Assembly: GCF_006345805.1 (NCBI RefSeq)
Contig: NC_043012.1
Location: 44,020,001-44,084,000, forward strand
Direction: 5' to 3'
Length of the DNA stretch: 64,000 nt
DNA from: Octopus sinensis
Taxonomy: Eukaryota
Below the pieces are notes generated by a model. It ran no database searches. It had not been told where the DNA came from and saw only the letters and a program-made list of their open reading frames with translations. Positions 50,677-64,000 of the stretch are shown here, one piece after another; position 1 is the first letter of the stretch; the number at the start of each line of letters is the position of its first letter. A program made the translations under genes and the position numbers.

Positions 50677-51056
50677 AGGCGCGGGAGTGGCTGTGTGGTA
50701 AGTAGCTTGCTTACCAACCACATGGCTCTGGGTTCAGTCCCACTGCATGGCACCTTGGGCAAGAGTCTTCTACTATAGCCTCGGGCCGACCAAAGCCTTG
50801 TGAGTGGATTTGGTAGACGGAAACTGAAAGAAGCCCGTCGTATATATGTATGTATGTGTGTATATGTATTTGTCCCCCCAGCACTGCTTGACAACCGATG
50901 CTGGTGTGTTTATGTCCCTGTAACTTAGCGGTTTGGCAAAAGAGAGCGATAGAATAAGTACTAGGCTTACAACGAATAAGTCCTGGAGTTGATTTGCTCG
51001 ACTAAAGGTGGTGCTCCAGCATAGCCGCAGTCAAATGACTGAAACAAGTAAAAGAG
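50677..51056 (+). mobile_element. SINE family A (well preserved)
   Basis: aggcgcgggagtggctgtgtggtaag...gggttcagtcccactgc...cagtcaaatgactgaaacaagtaaaagag. Confidence 0.95.
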
Positions 51057-51739
51057 GTACTTGTAGTAAAGTATTTTCCTTATTTTTACACATGTTTATT
51101 CCAACTGTATCAGTTTTATATACTACCTTAAATTGAATGGGGACTTTTCTTCCAGTCTGCCCACAGACATATGTGTGATGTGTGTCAGCTTTTGGTTGAT
51201 GCAGTCTAAATTTTGTCAATGAATTTCTTGTTTTTGTGTCTAGTTTCTTCAGGATTTTTAATCATGCACAATTAAGATGTGGTCCATAATCCATCGAAGG
51301 GGCTTATCATTCCAAATTAGAACTGACTTACACAATGACAAGCCATCTAACTATTTCTCAAGTTAGTTTTTCAAGGATGATTCTAATAATATGTTTATCT
51401 TTAGGGCCTATCCAAGCAATAAATTCTTTTGATTTTGTCTGCAGTCTTATAATATTGTCTTATTTATCAGTAACTGGTTTTTACAATTCCTTCTGTTCTT
51501 TACAAAGGTTGTTTTTGTTGAAGTGTTCATAAAAACTATGAGAAATCAGTAAGCAGTTTTTAGAGTTATCTACCTCTGTAATTTAGTAGAAGAATTAATT
51601 TTTTTGGCATTAACCGTTTAGCTATTAATTATTTTATCAAAGCATCTGGCAATATAAGAGTGCTTCAGCCCATATTTTTCTCTAAAATTTTTCTCCTTTT
51701 TCTTTATTTGGTTGAAGCTTTCCTGTTTTGTATATTTAA

Positions 51740-52252
51740 CTAGCAGTATCGCCCGGCGTTGCTCGGGTTTGTAAGGGAAATAACTATATAAGCATTTTTA
51801 GAGAGTTACTTCCCTTATAGATGCCAATTCAGGCTTTCTTAGCCATTTCTGTTTTGGTGTCTTCAAGCCATGAAGTCGTTGTTCTAAAAGAACGCTGGTC
51901 TCCTTGACAACGCTTTACGACGTTGATTTCCTTACACTCCCTTCCCCACAGCTTCACGAGGGAGGGAAGAAGGGGGAGAAGCAAACAGGTGCAGGTGTGA
52001 CCATGGACGCCAACTCCACCGCCATCGACACATGAAAAATTATGCATTAAAATGGAATAAAAAATGATGTTAAATTATTTTTAAAATCGTAGACTCATCT
52101 TAGATGCGCGCTAATACTCAGACGGGCTCGATATGAATCACGACTATAAGATACCCGAATTTGGTTAAACTGCACCGCAAAATGTGGGAGTAGTTAGGAA
52201 TCTAAATCGAAGGGGACAGACACTCACACAACTACAGTTTTATATATAGAGA
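51740..52252 (-). mobile_element. Complete non-autonomous Helitron (513 bp)
   Basis: Minus strand a|TCTCTATATATAAAAC...cccgagcaacgccgggcgatactgCTAG|t, inserted at an A|T junction; shares both ends with 10462-10856. Confidence 0.9.
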
Positions 52253-52603
52253 TTACTTGTAAAGGGCTTGTTTATCATTTCAAAACATTTTATTTTGTTT
52301 GATTTGTTTCAAAAATACTATGTTCTCACTTTCAACTGCTGAATTAATATTTCATGTTAAAAGCCTGTTTGTCTTGAATTCTGAGTTTCTATGAAATTTT
52401 ATTTTTATTTTATTTATTTTTGGTGCATTTTGGGTTTTGCTGTTTCAAGCTATTTCCTTTCTCTTGCAATTTATCTGCTGTTGAATCTTTTGTTTTCAAA
52501 TGGAATCAATTTTAGGCTGATGGGATTCATTCCATGCTAATAGCACGACTTGGCTTTTCTCTATTGTCGTATGAGTTGAGCTAAACATTACAACAGTGTA
52601 GAC

Positions 52604-52819
52604 CAGTGGTTCTCAGCTAATTTTTACACCCCCTTTGATTCCTATTTTACTCAGGTGGATGCTCATAGCTATTTGATGTTTTAAAAAATTGTATTTTATT
52701 TTTATAATTAAATATTATTAGGAACTGAATAAAGAAATTGTTAAAATATTTTGCATATTGTAGGAATATAGCTGACTTATTGCACATGTGTTTTAAGAAC
52801 CACTGCTTGAGAAACACTG
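52604..52819. mobile_element. hAT MITE (MER5-like termini) with perfect 8-bp TSD
   Basis: gtgtagac|cagtggttctcag ... ttgagaaacactg|gtgtagac. Confidence 0.9.
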
Positions 52820-55204
52820 GTGTAGACCATGGGACAATGGTCAATCTGCCTAGGAGCTACTGCAGACAGCTTTTTCCAGTAGTGGAAGAACTGAACTTAG
52901 CACTGCAAGATTGCAAAATAGTCATTAATTCTATGGTTTTGTAACTGTCTACTTGCTGTCCTGTTATGTATTTCAAGTTAGATGTGTCAGTTGTTAAGAG
53001 CCGAGTTTCTTTATGCTTCTGATCAGATATGAACCTGACCTCCTTAGTACAAATGTGTCTATTTCAAAACATATCAGTTAGCTTCCAAGTAACAATGTTG
53101 TCAACTTATTCTTAAACATTATCTTTTATACAATAGTGACAGATAAATCCAAGATTTCATTTTATCATGTAGCTAGACATCAGCTAGTTTTTAATTTCAA
53201 TGAGTTAGCATTTTCAAATTCATACTGAAACAATTCTACAAACAGTTTTAATTTTAAATTTTCAGAAGTTTTTATCAACTCGATTTAATAAATATTATAG
53301 TTTACAGCTGTTTTACTTTGTAATTTAGAAGCATTTAATGAAAAGTAAACAATCAACAAGTGAATCCTGAATGTAAGCATTTCAGTTAAAAGTATGAATG
53401 TCACAATTACATTTCCTTATTCAGTGAATTTTAAGTTTTCTGTATTTGCAAGAAATAAGTACAGAAAGTTATATAACTGAAGAGCTCAATTTTTGATAAT
53501 TTTTAATGTATAACACACCAAAAATTGCATTCCAAAGATTTCTTATGGAATAGAAAATACTTCAGCTCAGAACAGTTATTAAGTCTCTACAATGCATAGT
53601 TAGGACTCTCCTAAGAGTACTGCTTCCATATCTAAAGCAGTAGTGTAACTGCTACGAAACATAAAGCTAGCTGACTAATAACCTTGAATCATTACATCCT
53701 ACTTCTGTCTCTTCTATGGATAGAACAACAGTTTCTGTGTATAAGATACCATCGAAGAGCACCCAAGCTATCTGATTCTTTAGCTCTCATCATCATTACA
53801 TTTTGATGAGTCCTTACTTCCCAAAACAGTAACTATCCGGAACTCCCTCACTGCTCATGCTTCTCTAATAACACGGGCATTCCTCTTCACCTCTGAACTG
53901 GATAAAAACTATTACATTATTTAGGCACGGATACCAGTTCTATATAGCTAGAATAGCTTACAAGGTTGCCAGACTTATATAACCTAAATGCAGATGCCCA
54001 CCTGTTCATGCTGACATGGGCTGAACGGAAGTTTCTGAGGCACCGTTATGGCTGTATGCCTTTCCTGGTGCCAACTCTTTGAATCAGTTCTTACAACAAG
54101 CAAGGATATAGTGTACCTTTTCTAAAGATCAGGTGCACCCAGCATTAACAATACATATTGCTAATGCAAAATACAATGATCAATGACAAAGGTGATGATG
54201 ATGAATTACGCTGACATTTGTATGGTAAAACTTTTGGGTTGATATTCTATGAACTGACACTGATGTCTCTACTACAGTTATATCCATGGCAAAGCGTATT
54301 TGCAAGGAAACTGCATAAAGTGTATGCATTAATCATTCCCATTCATGCTGAAGCATGCCTGAACACGACATAAATTTTCTTTTCCTTTCTGTCCCTTACA
54401 AACTCTATAAGTCAATTGAAACATCATCATCAACATCATTATAATATACATACTGACTATATTTGTTTGCAAGTTCGTTTTCGATCTCCATGCTTGTGTG
54501 AGAATGCAAACATTAATTATGCTTATGACATTTAAAAATACAATATGAAATCTAAGCAACAAATAAGAAGTAAGAAAACTACCTTAAAAGTTATCAAGAA
54601 GATACTCATAACTTGATATTAGTGACTATATTCATGGAAATATCTAAATACTTCAAACTATACAGAAGGAAGGCTGCTATAAGGAGTTGATTGATTTGAT
54701 GGGAGGACTGTCATTTAGCACAAGCCTGCTCAATCAGAACTGACTTGGAGTTAACAACACTATACCAGAATAACACAAACCTCATCCATAAACACACACA
54801 CCCACACTTCACCATGAAGGTCACATACACTATGAGTAATGGCTAATTGTGTAGCCAATCAATTTATTAATACAATAACCTGTGGCTTGCCCAACATAAG
54901 TGAAAACAACTGTGCTGTATTTGTGGTGATGGAGGTTGCTGTTACTTATCTGAGCCTCTGTTTTAGCCACCTTCCTCTGTTATCTGACTGTTAAAATGCA
55001 TGCTGTCTGGTGTGACAAGAATGGAGACACATATTGCTCAGTTGATTCAATTAATTACTGCCAAAAATGTTCTTTTTACAGGGCACAAGAAGAAGATTTG
55101 CTTAATAAACCAATCACTTCATTCTATTGTGATTTGATCTGACATGTTACCTAACAGTTAGGTTTTGAATCATTGCTAGTTTCTTTTTATTTTTCACTTG
55201 ACTG

Positions 55205-55890
55205 CAGCTACTGTGTGTTAAGAAGCTTGCTTCCCAATTACATGGTCCTGGGTTCAGTCCCACAGCATGGCATCTTGGGAAAGTGTCATCTACTATAGCC
55301 TCGGGCCAACCAAAGCCTTGTGAGTGGATTTGGTAGACAGAAACTGAAGGTAGCCTGTCATATATATATATATGTGTGTGTGTGTCTTTGTGTCTGTATT
55401 TGTCCCCACATCACTGCTTGACAACTGGCGTTGGTGTGTTTACGTTCCCGTTAACTTAGCGGTTCGGCAAAAGAGAATGGGGTGGGGTGGGGTTGATTCA
55501 TCAACTAAAAGTTCAAGGCGGTGCCCTAGTATGGCCACAGTCTAATGACTGAAAAATGTAAAAGGTAAAAGATAAACAAATTGAGTCCAGAAACCCAGAG
55601 CTTATTTTTTCACATCTGATATTTGTATCAGTTTCTTTTGCTGAACTGCTAGGATACAGGATGTAAACAAACAATGACTGTGTGCCAAGCAGTTGTGGTG
55701 GGGCAGAAAGAAAGACAAAGACACATATAAAGTGATATGTTTTCACAGTTTTTTCTCAACCAGATTCACTCACAATACATTAATCAGCCCAGAGCTTCAG
55801 CAGAAGATATTTGCCCAAAGTGCCACACACTGAGAAATTTACCTCGGACCATGTTGCTGCAAATTAAACTTCTGAACCACACAACCTTGC
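55205..55890. mobile_element. Two family-A SINEs tail-to-tail (~55205-55575 plus; ~55612-55890 minus)
   Basis: Plus copy: gggttcagtcccacagc...gactgaaaaatgtaaaagg. Minus copy: ttttgctgaactgctagg...ttgcccaaagtgccacac. Confidence 0.8.
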
Positions 55891-57683
55891 TTGTACTTAT
55901 ATACAGCCACACAATATATGCATACATATATATACACACACACAATGTATACATACATATACACACACATATATACATATAAACATGTATATAAATATGT
56001 ATATATATTTACATATAGATATATATGTATGCATATATTTACATATATGCATACACACACATAAGGTCAATTTGCATGCAACACTTATAAAAATTGTTTT
56101 TGTTGTTGCTTCTTTCATGATTTAGGAATGTCAGATGATGGATGAGGTATAATGTGTAGAAGAGAGAGAAAGAAAGAATTAGAATATAGACTGACCGAAA
56201 CGGGAAGGACTAATTTTTATTGGACAAAAAGCCATGAGCGGAAGATATTGTTCCTGCAAATCTTGCATTTATGATGCATTTTATTCCATGCCAACCATCT
56301 TTCTCTTTGATCTCCTCCCTGAGACACAATTTCTACATCTCTCATTCACTAAGATGCTACCGAATTCATAGTTGGTTTTTGTAAGTTATCATTTCTCTAA
56401 CAATATTTGAAGGCAAACCTCTGTATCAGTAGTACTGTATCCAAATCTAGGCGACCAGTTTATCCTTTTTTCATTTAATCAAGTTACCGGTCATTTGCCC
56501 AGCAGTCTACTTTTACTTCTATACATATTCCCTTCTTTATTCTAAAAAATTAAAACTTATACACATGGAATATTTGAATGAAAGAAGACAGCGATTGGTG
56601 CGAGAAAGGAAGGTTAGACAAAAAATACAAGTACAAGCCCAGAGAAACAGCGAGTTATGCGGACTTTTCAAATATACAACAGGAAATTCTATGTCAAACA
56701 GACGTATTTTTCAGTCACAGAGAAACTGTTCGATTTAGAAATGCAGAAAAATGGTGAAGATTATCCGAAGATGTCATCACTTTATTTATATATTTTACGT
56801 TAGCCTAATTTATTCCATATTCACATAACCCGTCGTTTTCGACGGGTACTGTGTTGGTATGTATGCGTGTGTGCGTGCGTGCGTGCGCACTAGTGTTTAT
56901 GTAACGTTATACTCTGTACATTTTTATTATATTGGTTTGCAAGATAAGATATTTATTTTATGGTATTAAAAAATTGGCACACCAATAATTAGAACATCGA
57001 AGCATACTTTTTTTTTAGATAGTAGACCATTTCAATTATCAAAATTATCGAAAAAAAATCAGATGTATATGGAAAAAGATGAGGGCGCCGAATTCTAAGT
57101 ATCGGCCAGTGCTGAAGTGATGTAGTTTACTTCTCGCTTGTGAAAACCACGATCGGTGCTAGATCTGAGCATTTACAGAGATTTATAGAAGAAACATGAT
57201 AGAAATTGGATTAAACGAAACCCCTTTTATTCTCATGAACAACGTCGTAAGAGAAGTGAAAGTACTACAGCCGGGAATCGAAACCAGTAAACAGTCGTGA
57301 CTTATTTAGGGGTTAATTCTAAGGTGTTTGCTTTGTTCTTTCACATTAATTAAAACCAAAATAATTTCTAATATTAATAATACAAATTCTTAAAACAAGA
57401 TCGGTCATGTAATTGTGAAATAAGGGATAGAGTTTGGAGACATCAGTCGGTGCTTGTTTTTTTCATGGTGACATTAATTACCTAAAATGTTAGCTGAAAA
57501 TAAAAATAGCAGTTCGATAAATATAGAAAGCAACAGGCAATCACACATACATATTCATACACACACACACACGTGTGTGTGTGGATGCATGTATGTGTAT
57601 GTATTTGCACACACACATATAATACATATATATATGTGTATGTATGTATATATATATATTATATATATATATAATATATATAT

Positions 57684-57714
<31 letters not shown>

Positions 57715-57790
57715 GTATATATATATATAATATAGTTGCATGTAATTTGTGTATTTTTGTGTGAATGAAAGGCAAATAAATATATTTATA

Positions 57791-57799
57791 GCTTACCTG
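57791..57799 (-). other. Candidate splice donor of the upstream non-coding PGPEP1 exon
   Basis: CAG|gtaagc at 57797/57796 in apparently unique, relatively CpG-richer sequence. An upstream UTR exon is required by the acceptor at 44160, but its position is unproven. Confidence 0.25.
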
Positions 57800-58739
57800 G
57801 ATTAATTAAATTGGAATGCAATAATGCTGAATAGAATAAACAGATATACAAAATACTAAACAAAAACAATCCAACGGTAAAGAAAAGCTTACTCTTTCTT
57901 TCTCTCCACTCTATCATTTATATATTCATCTAGTAATCAATCCAATAATGAGTCTTTTTTTTTAGCGAAATCATTAAAGAAATATCTACCTATCCTTCCC
58001 TCACTCTCGTCTCAGCAATTCAGCTGTACTTCCCTGTCTATCTCTAGTCTTTCTGTCTTCGCTATTTAAACTGTTGGCCTTACTAGGAGCAAACAACTCG
58101 TGTTTTTCAGGAGATGCTCTTTTTCACATTAAAATAGCATCGCGTCTGCACGCACATTTCAGAGAGAGAGATATATATCTATGTATACAGACTCATCCAT
58201 ATGTATGTTTCTGTAGTGAGTTGATGTAAAATCGTTCAGAAAAATAAAAAGGAAAGTAATATGAGTTTAAAAAAAAAGCTGAGAGAATACAATGATTCAA
58301 TCGGAGTCCATATTTAGTTTCCTTTTAGTGTGGTGGGGTTGAAATAGAAATGACATCCACAATAAACTAGAATTTATCAACGTCAGTTGACTACTGTAAA
58401 ATCTTACACTTTTTTTCTTCTTATCTAACACAAGGTGATTTCTTTAAAATAGCACCGCATCTACTTCGAAATCGCTTCGCTCCGTTTCTGTCAAAGATAT
58501 TATTTATTTATTTGTGAATGTATATGTAATCTTTAGTTTCTCACCGTTACTTTACTGCTGCTGCTACTACTGCTGATAACACTCCCTACAGGCGTCTATA
58601 TTATACATAGCTCCAAACTAATTTCTCCTGTTCGTTTCCAACCTTTTATATACTGTTAATATTTTCGCACACTCTCTCTTTCCCTTGCTTTCTGTCTTAC
58701 ACTTCTATTCCTTTTTCTTAATTCATGCATCCATCTAAT

Positions 58740-58742
<3 letters not shown>

Positions 58743-58802
<60 letters not shown>
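58743..58802. repeat. (CT)n microsatellite; (AG)n at 63388-63426
   Basis: Directly visible. Confidence 0.99.
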
Positions 58803-58806
<4 letters not shown>

Positions 58807-59199
58807 TCTATTTTATTCTGTCGATTTAGTCTTCAACATACTCTTTCTGTCTTTTAACGCTTTTTACAGATACTATATTCATCCCCACTGACTGTTGCAC
58901 TGCTCCGGTACTCTTTTCACATTCATCACATTTTTTTTGTCACTTTTGTAATATACCATACACCACTTTTGTAATCTTCGATGCACTCCTATTCATGTGT
59001 TTTCTTTTACTTCTTTCAAATTACTCTTTCCCTTTTTTTTTTTTTTGTTTCATATCCTTTGGTTGAAACAGTCACTCCTCTCACCGGTTTTGCCTTCAAT
59101 ACTTTTAATATTTTTTTTTTGTTTCTTAGACAAAGGAATATGAAGAGTGTCTGTAGTTTTCGTTGGCCTTCCCACCGGGGGAAGTCCTTGCTGGTATTC

Positions 59200-60060
59200 T
59201 GTTTGAAATTGAGGATAAGAGTGAGTTGAAAATTACGGTTTCAGCATAATAGTTTAAGCAAATATTTTATTAGAGGTTTGCTGAAGACACATTGTGCTGG
59301 TGTAGGGTGGTGAGACTTGTGTATCAAATGGATTGTGCAGAGGTTGCTGTATTTTGTGGTGCAAGTACAGTTAAAAGTGAAAAAGTGACAGAGCCTGTTG
59401 CACCAGCAGGGTAAGGCCTGCAAACATGATTGCCATTTTCTTTTAATGCTATCTAAAGCGTCTGTGTAAGTAGTGGTTGCTCAGAATTAGGTAGAACTGA
59501 GCAGTATTCTGATGTTTAAGAGCTGAAGTATTTTTGTCCCTGAATAGGTAGACTGGCTTTGAACTCTGGTTTTGGTTGTTGAAGACTATCATTGTAAAGC
59601 TATGCACATACATTTATTGATGTATTGTGTTTTGTGTGTATCTAATGTAAATTGTTTTGCATGTGAATGACGGTTCTATAGGGAAAGACATGGGGAGCTA
59701 TCATTAGCACTTGAGTAACTATTGTTAAAGGTATCAGCAAAACAGTCATTTACATGTTGAAAGGATAACTTGTAAGAAATAACTGTACACTAGAGTAAAC
59801 GGAACTGCGTCGTCACACACTATTATAGAATGATCTGAGTAGAACGTTTTGGTCTAAGACACGGATATCTATGGCATGTAATTTTGCAGGAAGGGTTTCA
59901 TATCAATCACTGTGGAAGGCAAAGAACATTGTTTTTCAAGAGTAAGGGAGCTTTGCTGTGAATTTCCGATAGACTTAGGCATGTAGAAATTGTACAGAGA
60001 GTTAGTAGGATAGGAAAAAATTCGATGTGATAAAAGTTAATTGTTTATAACATTCTATCA
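59200..60060 (-). mobile_element. Possible decayed LINE ORF1 with Cys/His knuckles
   Basis: LPCWCNRLCHFFTFNCTCTTKYSNLCTIH...QC resembles a mutated CxxC..H..C array of I/Jockey-type ORF1. Confidence 0.35.
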
Positions 60061-60199
60061 CATTTTAAAAACTGGCAGAGAGATGATTTTTTATTACCCA
60101 CAAGGGGCCGACAAAGAGGGGACAATACAATCTGATTTTGGGGTCAGATGAACGAATGATTAAACAAAAAACGGCATTAAAAATTTAACAAAATAAGAA

Positions 60200-63100
60200 A
60201 ATATAATAAAATCGAATGACAGGACGGACCGGAAGACATTACGGATTGAGTGGGGCGGGGTGCGGATTTAATTCGGACTCCACGAGTCCCGCCTCGCCAC
60301 TAATACCTGAGATACATCCTGTGACGCATTCATGAGGTTACATCCACACGCAACATCCGTGCTACACCCTTCCATCGATTTTCAAACATTTTCACTGTGA
60401 GGCATTTTCTCTCTAGCCCCATTTTCCTTTTAAGGTGAAAGGTGAATTAATTCACCAATTCAGGGCCAGAGATGAAAGTACCTGACTTTAACCCTTTCAG
60501 CCTCCTTCTCCAAATTACCTCTCTCTCAATTGCTACTACAATGAGAAAACAATTCTTACCTTCATTCGAAAGGAAATCAGGCGGGTCAATTTTTATTATA
60601 GACTCAGTCGACAGCTGTACTCTTCCTGCTCTTGGCAACAGTTGTTCAGCATAAACCAACATATCCGACACCTTCGAAAATTGAACACTAGCGTGCGGGA
60701 CGCTTTCCTTCTCTCGCTCACATCTTGGACAAGTCGAAGGGCCGCAGCCACCATGTCTTGTGAGCTTGTCCCGAACAGGTAAGGCTCCTCGGTAACATTG
60801 CCATGCCAGAGACTTCTGAAAGTTGTCCAGGATCTTCGGCTCGAATGTGCGTCGGAACAGACTGGCCAGCTGATTATCGTCGAGACCTAGGGTTTCCCCG
60901 TAAGGTATCGTCACATTCCGCCTCTACAAGTCCTCTATAAAAGAATGCGGTGGAACCCTCACCGCAGGCATTGCCCGAGCGACGGAATAACAGGAGAGCC
61001 TTGCGACACTCTGTAAAACATGCACCCAACTTCGATAGAACCAGGATTCCCGTCCACCAAAACTAGTGAACTTGGGAAACATCCGTTTCGCCAGCGGAGA
61101 CCACACCCGTTCACTATCTAGGTAGAGCCACAGATGCCTCAACCTCAGCGCATGTCTGCGCATCAACAGCCAAGGCTTCCCTTGCCCACCCTTTAACGGT
61201 TGTTGACAGCAAATAGAGCGTCTCACAAGCGGTTTCGAGCCCTTCCACAAAAAGTGGAAGAGCTGTATTTCCAGCTTGATCAACCACGAATCAGGGCAAG
61301 GAACGACGGTTAGGCGGTAGGTGATGACCGATGTGATGAACACATTGGCTACCTCCCTTTCAGGGATAGCCGCCGCCAAGACCAGGTCTTGACTATGTGG
61401 GTCACCCTGCTTGATACTTCGGCCCATTTCTTCTCTATTTGGAGGTTTGGTCCAAACCAAACACCTAGCAAATTAATCGGATCCTCCGTCCAACATCCCA
61501 TGACGCTGTCAGGAGGCATCAACTTGCCTCTCCAGATGCCGAGCTGTAAGCCGACTGACTTTTCTCGATTAACTTTTGCTCCTGCCATCGTCTCGTAAAC
61601 CTGAATGGCCTTGCCTACCCTAGGTGATCCATTTCGGTTACGATGATAGTGATGTCATCCGCATAAGCTGAAACCGACTTTCCACAATCTGGCTGTCTCG
61701 GGATGCCGCTCAATTTTCGCAGTAATGGTTCAAGAGCCATTACGTACAAAAGCGAGGAGAGCGGACACCTTTGACGAACCGAGCGTTTCATGTTGAACGG
61801 CCTCGATAAGAAGCCGTTCACCCGAACTACCGAGTTGATGTTGTCATAAATCTGAATGATCCACCTGAGAAAGCCAAGACCCAGGTCGAACTGCGCCAGA
61901 ATTGACACCAGGTAGCGATGGTCGACCCTATCGAACGCCTTAGATTAGTCTAAATGGACCAGTGCTCCACCCTTGCCAGAAACACTATTAAACCCCTCTA
62001 AAGTGTGCCGTATAAGATGGAGATTATCCTGGCTGGTTCTGCTGGGAACGGCACATGTTTGTGCCTCTCCGATCAGACCATCCGCGACACGTGCCAATTT
62101 TTTCGATAACACTTTGGCCAAAATCTTCAACTCTGCGTTTAGCAGAGTGATGGGTCGAAAATTATCAACGGAATCCCCCTTGTTCGGATCCTTTCTGACA
62201 AGCGTCACCACTCCCTGGTACACAGATCTAAGAATAAACCCGTTCTACTGCCAGTTCGCGTAGACATTCGCCAGCAGGCGCCCGAACAAGTCTTATACAA
62301 CTCATAGGGTAGACCATCTAGTCCTGGCGCCTTACACGCGCCGCAGTCAAAGATCGAATTGTGGCGTCATTACCATGTTGGGCTTCCATCACTCAGGCCC
62401 ATCCTGCGGCCTTGATTCGCTCACAACCCACTGCACGAAGCCTAGCTCGGACAATGCAACCCATGTATTTGGCTTCGAGTTGCTGGTTTAACGTCAATCT
62501 CTTGGCCTTCACCTGAGCCGCAGAGCCAGTTTCCATTGCTTCCTCTAAATCCTTAACTAAAGCTGATTCCCTCCTAGCCTCTCTAGCCACTAAACCTGAG
62601 CTATATCTAATAAACTCAAATTTAATGGCTCGCTTAAGGGATCCCACCATTTATTATTAATATGGAACCGGTTAATGCCCTCTGAATCAACAACTTAATT
62701 CGGTCTCTGTACTCCTGAATTGCTAAAAGGGACGTATTAAGTTTCCAGTAGCCGGAGCCTCTATTATATATCATATCTATGTCAAGCTTACAGATGACCA
62801 TTTTATGATCATCTGTGGACATCTAGCTATGTTTCTATCTGCTTTTCTAATTAACACTATATCTAGGTATGACCTGGAAGATCCGTCGCTATTTGACCAT
62901 TTCCACAATGGAGCGTTCGGAAATTCCAACCTATAAGAATCTGCTAGCTCAAAGCGGCTTAGCAGTTCCAGGAAGCAAAGATTACCGTTTCTATCTGTAT
63001 ACGAGCCAACATAATCTACGCGTGCCTCGCAGATTGTGTTATAGTCTCCTAGCACAACTAAAGAATGTGAAGAACCAAGAAACTTCTCCAGATTCCGAAA

Positions 63101-63390
63101 ATATTCGCTTTGCCCGGAATTAGTCTTTTTCTTTTCCATATTTCTCACTTATTTTCAGTTTGGTAAGGGTTGTCTGTGGTTTTTCTTCTTCTTTTTTTGA
63201 AGACAGTCGACCTCCCCTCCTCTTTTTCGTTATCTTCACACTCTTCTCCTGGTTTTGATGGTAGTGGTGTCGTCTCTGTTGATGTAGGTGACGCTTCCAC
63301 CGTCGCTGCTTTTTCTCCTTCCTTTTCTTCCTGCACTTTTGTTTTTTTGGGTTGGCATTCGGCCTTTATATAGCCCTTTCGCCCGCAAAT
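60200..63390 (-). mobile_element. L1/Tx1-clade LINE, 5'-truncated in ORF1, degenerate
   Basis: ORF1 knuckle ICGRKGYIKAEC; EN VLGDYN...SYLD..DHK..GYWKLN; RT NFRPITLLNAELKILAK...KAFDRVD...RQRCPLS.LLY...AYADD; C-terminal CPRC...ESVPH. Confidence 0.95.
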
Positions 63391-63393
63391 ACT

Positions 63394-63429
<36 letters not shown>

Positions 63430-64000
63430 TTTGGTGATATTAAGAGTTAATTCTGGAGAACAATGAGGACGATGGAACATACAAATACATCAGAATATTA
63501 AAAATAAAATACATCGAAGTGGCTTGGAAACAATTATCAAAACCTGTGGCATCTTAATTTTAAGTGTAACTAGGCGGACAATACACCTTACTTCCTTTCG
63601 GTGAATTTTTCAGTTCTATTCGAGTATTGTTAAGGATGTCTACAGATACAATTCGATACTGATGTTCGATTCCTTTGGATACCTGGCTCAAATACAAATG
63701 TTTGATTTTTATTTATTTATTTACTTATTTATCTATTCATTGATTCATTTTGTCTAAATCTTGAGTAGCTGTTGACATCGTATACCGACAATTTCGCCAA
63801 ATTACTTCAAAGAGCTAAAATGTCGTCAACTCATGGATAGGGAATCGCTGAAATTACTCGATGAGTTTTGAAAGAAATGAAAATTCATTTGATTCATTTG
63901 GTGGTATTGTACCGAAGGCAGAGACACACCATTCCATCTCAGAATCCGCATTACTACAAAGCTGAAGTGAGATTGTTTCCTTTTTTTATTGCCTATTAAA

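Noticed and set aside
50677-50750. tRNA-like sequences at SINE heads
   Set aside because: They retain A/B-box-like motifs but no complete cloverleaf, and continue into SINE bodies.
56828-56848. cccgtcg-tttt-cgacggg hairpin resembling a Helitron 3' end or terminator
   Set aside because: No CTAG at the expected distance and no matching 5' end identified; intrinsic terminators do not apply to this genome.
57270-57285. Solo B-box/T-arm-like sequence (minus strand ggtttcgattcccggc)
   Set aside because: It has an extra base and no A-box or acceptor stem nearby; insufficient for a tRNA or SINE call.
63388-63426. (TC)n-targeted insertion of the Tx1-like LINE
   Set aside because: The microsatellite is present only at the truncated 5' side, with none at the 3' end, so target specificity is unsupported.

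Overview
AT-rich, microsatellite-dense eukaryotic DNA. The SINE, RTE, Helitron and MITE families resemble those I recall from coleoid cephalopod (Octopus-like) genomes; this is an inference, not a database match. Most entries in the ORF track are spurious products of (AT)n/(CA)n repeats or decayed transposons. One host gene can be fully reconstructed by hand: a minus-strand pyroglutamyl-peptidase I (PGPEP1-like) gene with four coding exons (44110-44143, 36400-36569, 29187-29416, 24929-25088; 197 aa), canonical GT-AG sites, consistent phases and an intact Glu/Cys/His triad. The rest is mainly transposon-derived: CR1, RTE, RLE-clade and L1/Tx1-clade LINE fragments, three tRNA-derived SINE families, mariner, Tc1, pogo and hAT elements, MITEs and non-autonomous Helitrons. 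The most unusual features are (i) a divergent minimal hammerhead-ribozyme-like fold at the apex of two different fold-back repeat families, with compensatory changes between them, and (ii) a ~2.2 kb chimeric Helitron carrying one of these folds, present as a tandem pair plus an inverted third copy (8693-14398). Several orphan exon-like segments left of PGPEP1 may indicate a second, unidentified transcript. Exon and terminus coordinates were counted by hand; boundaries of decayed repeats are approximate.
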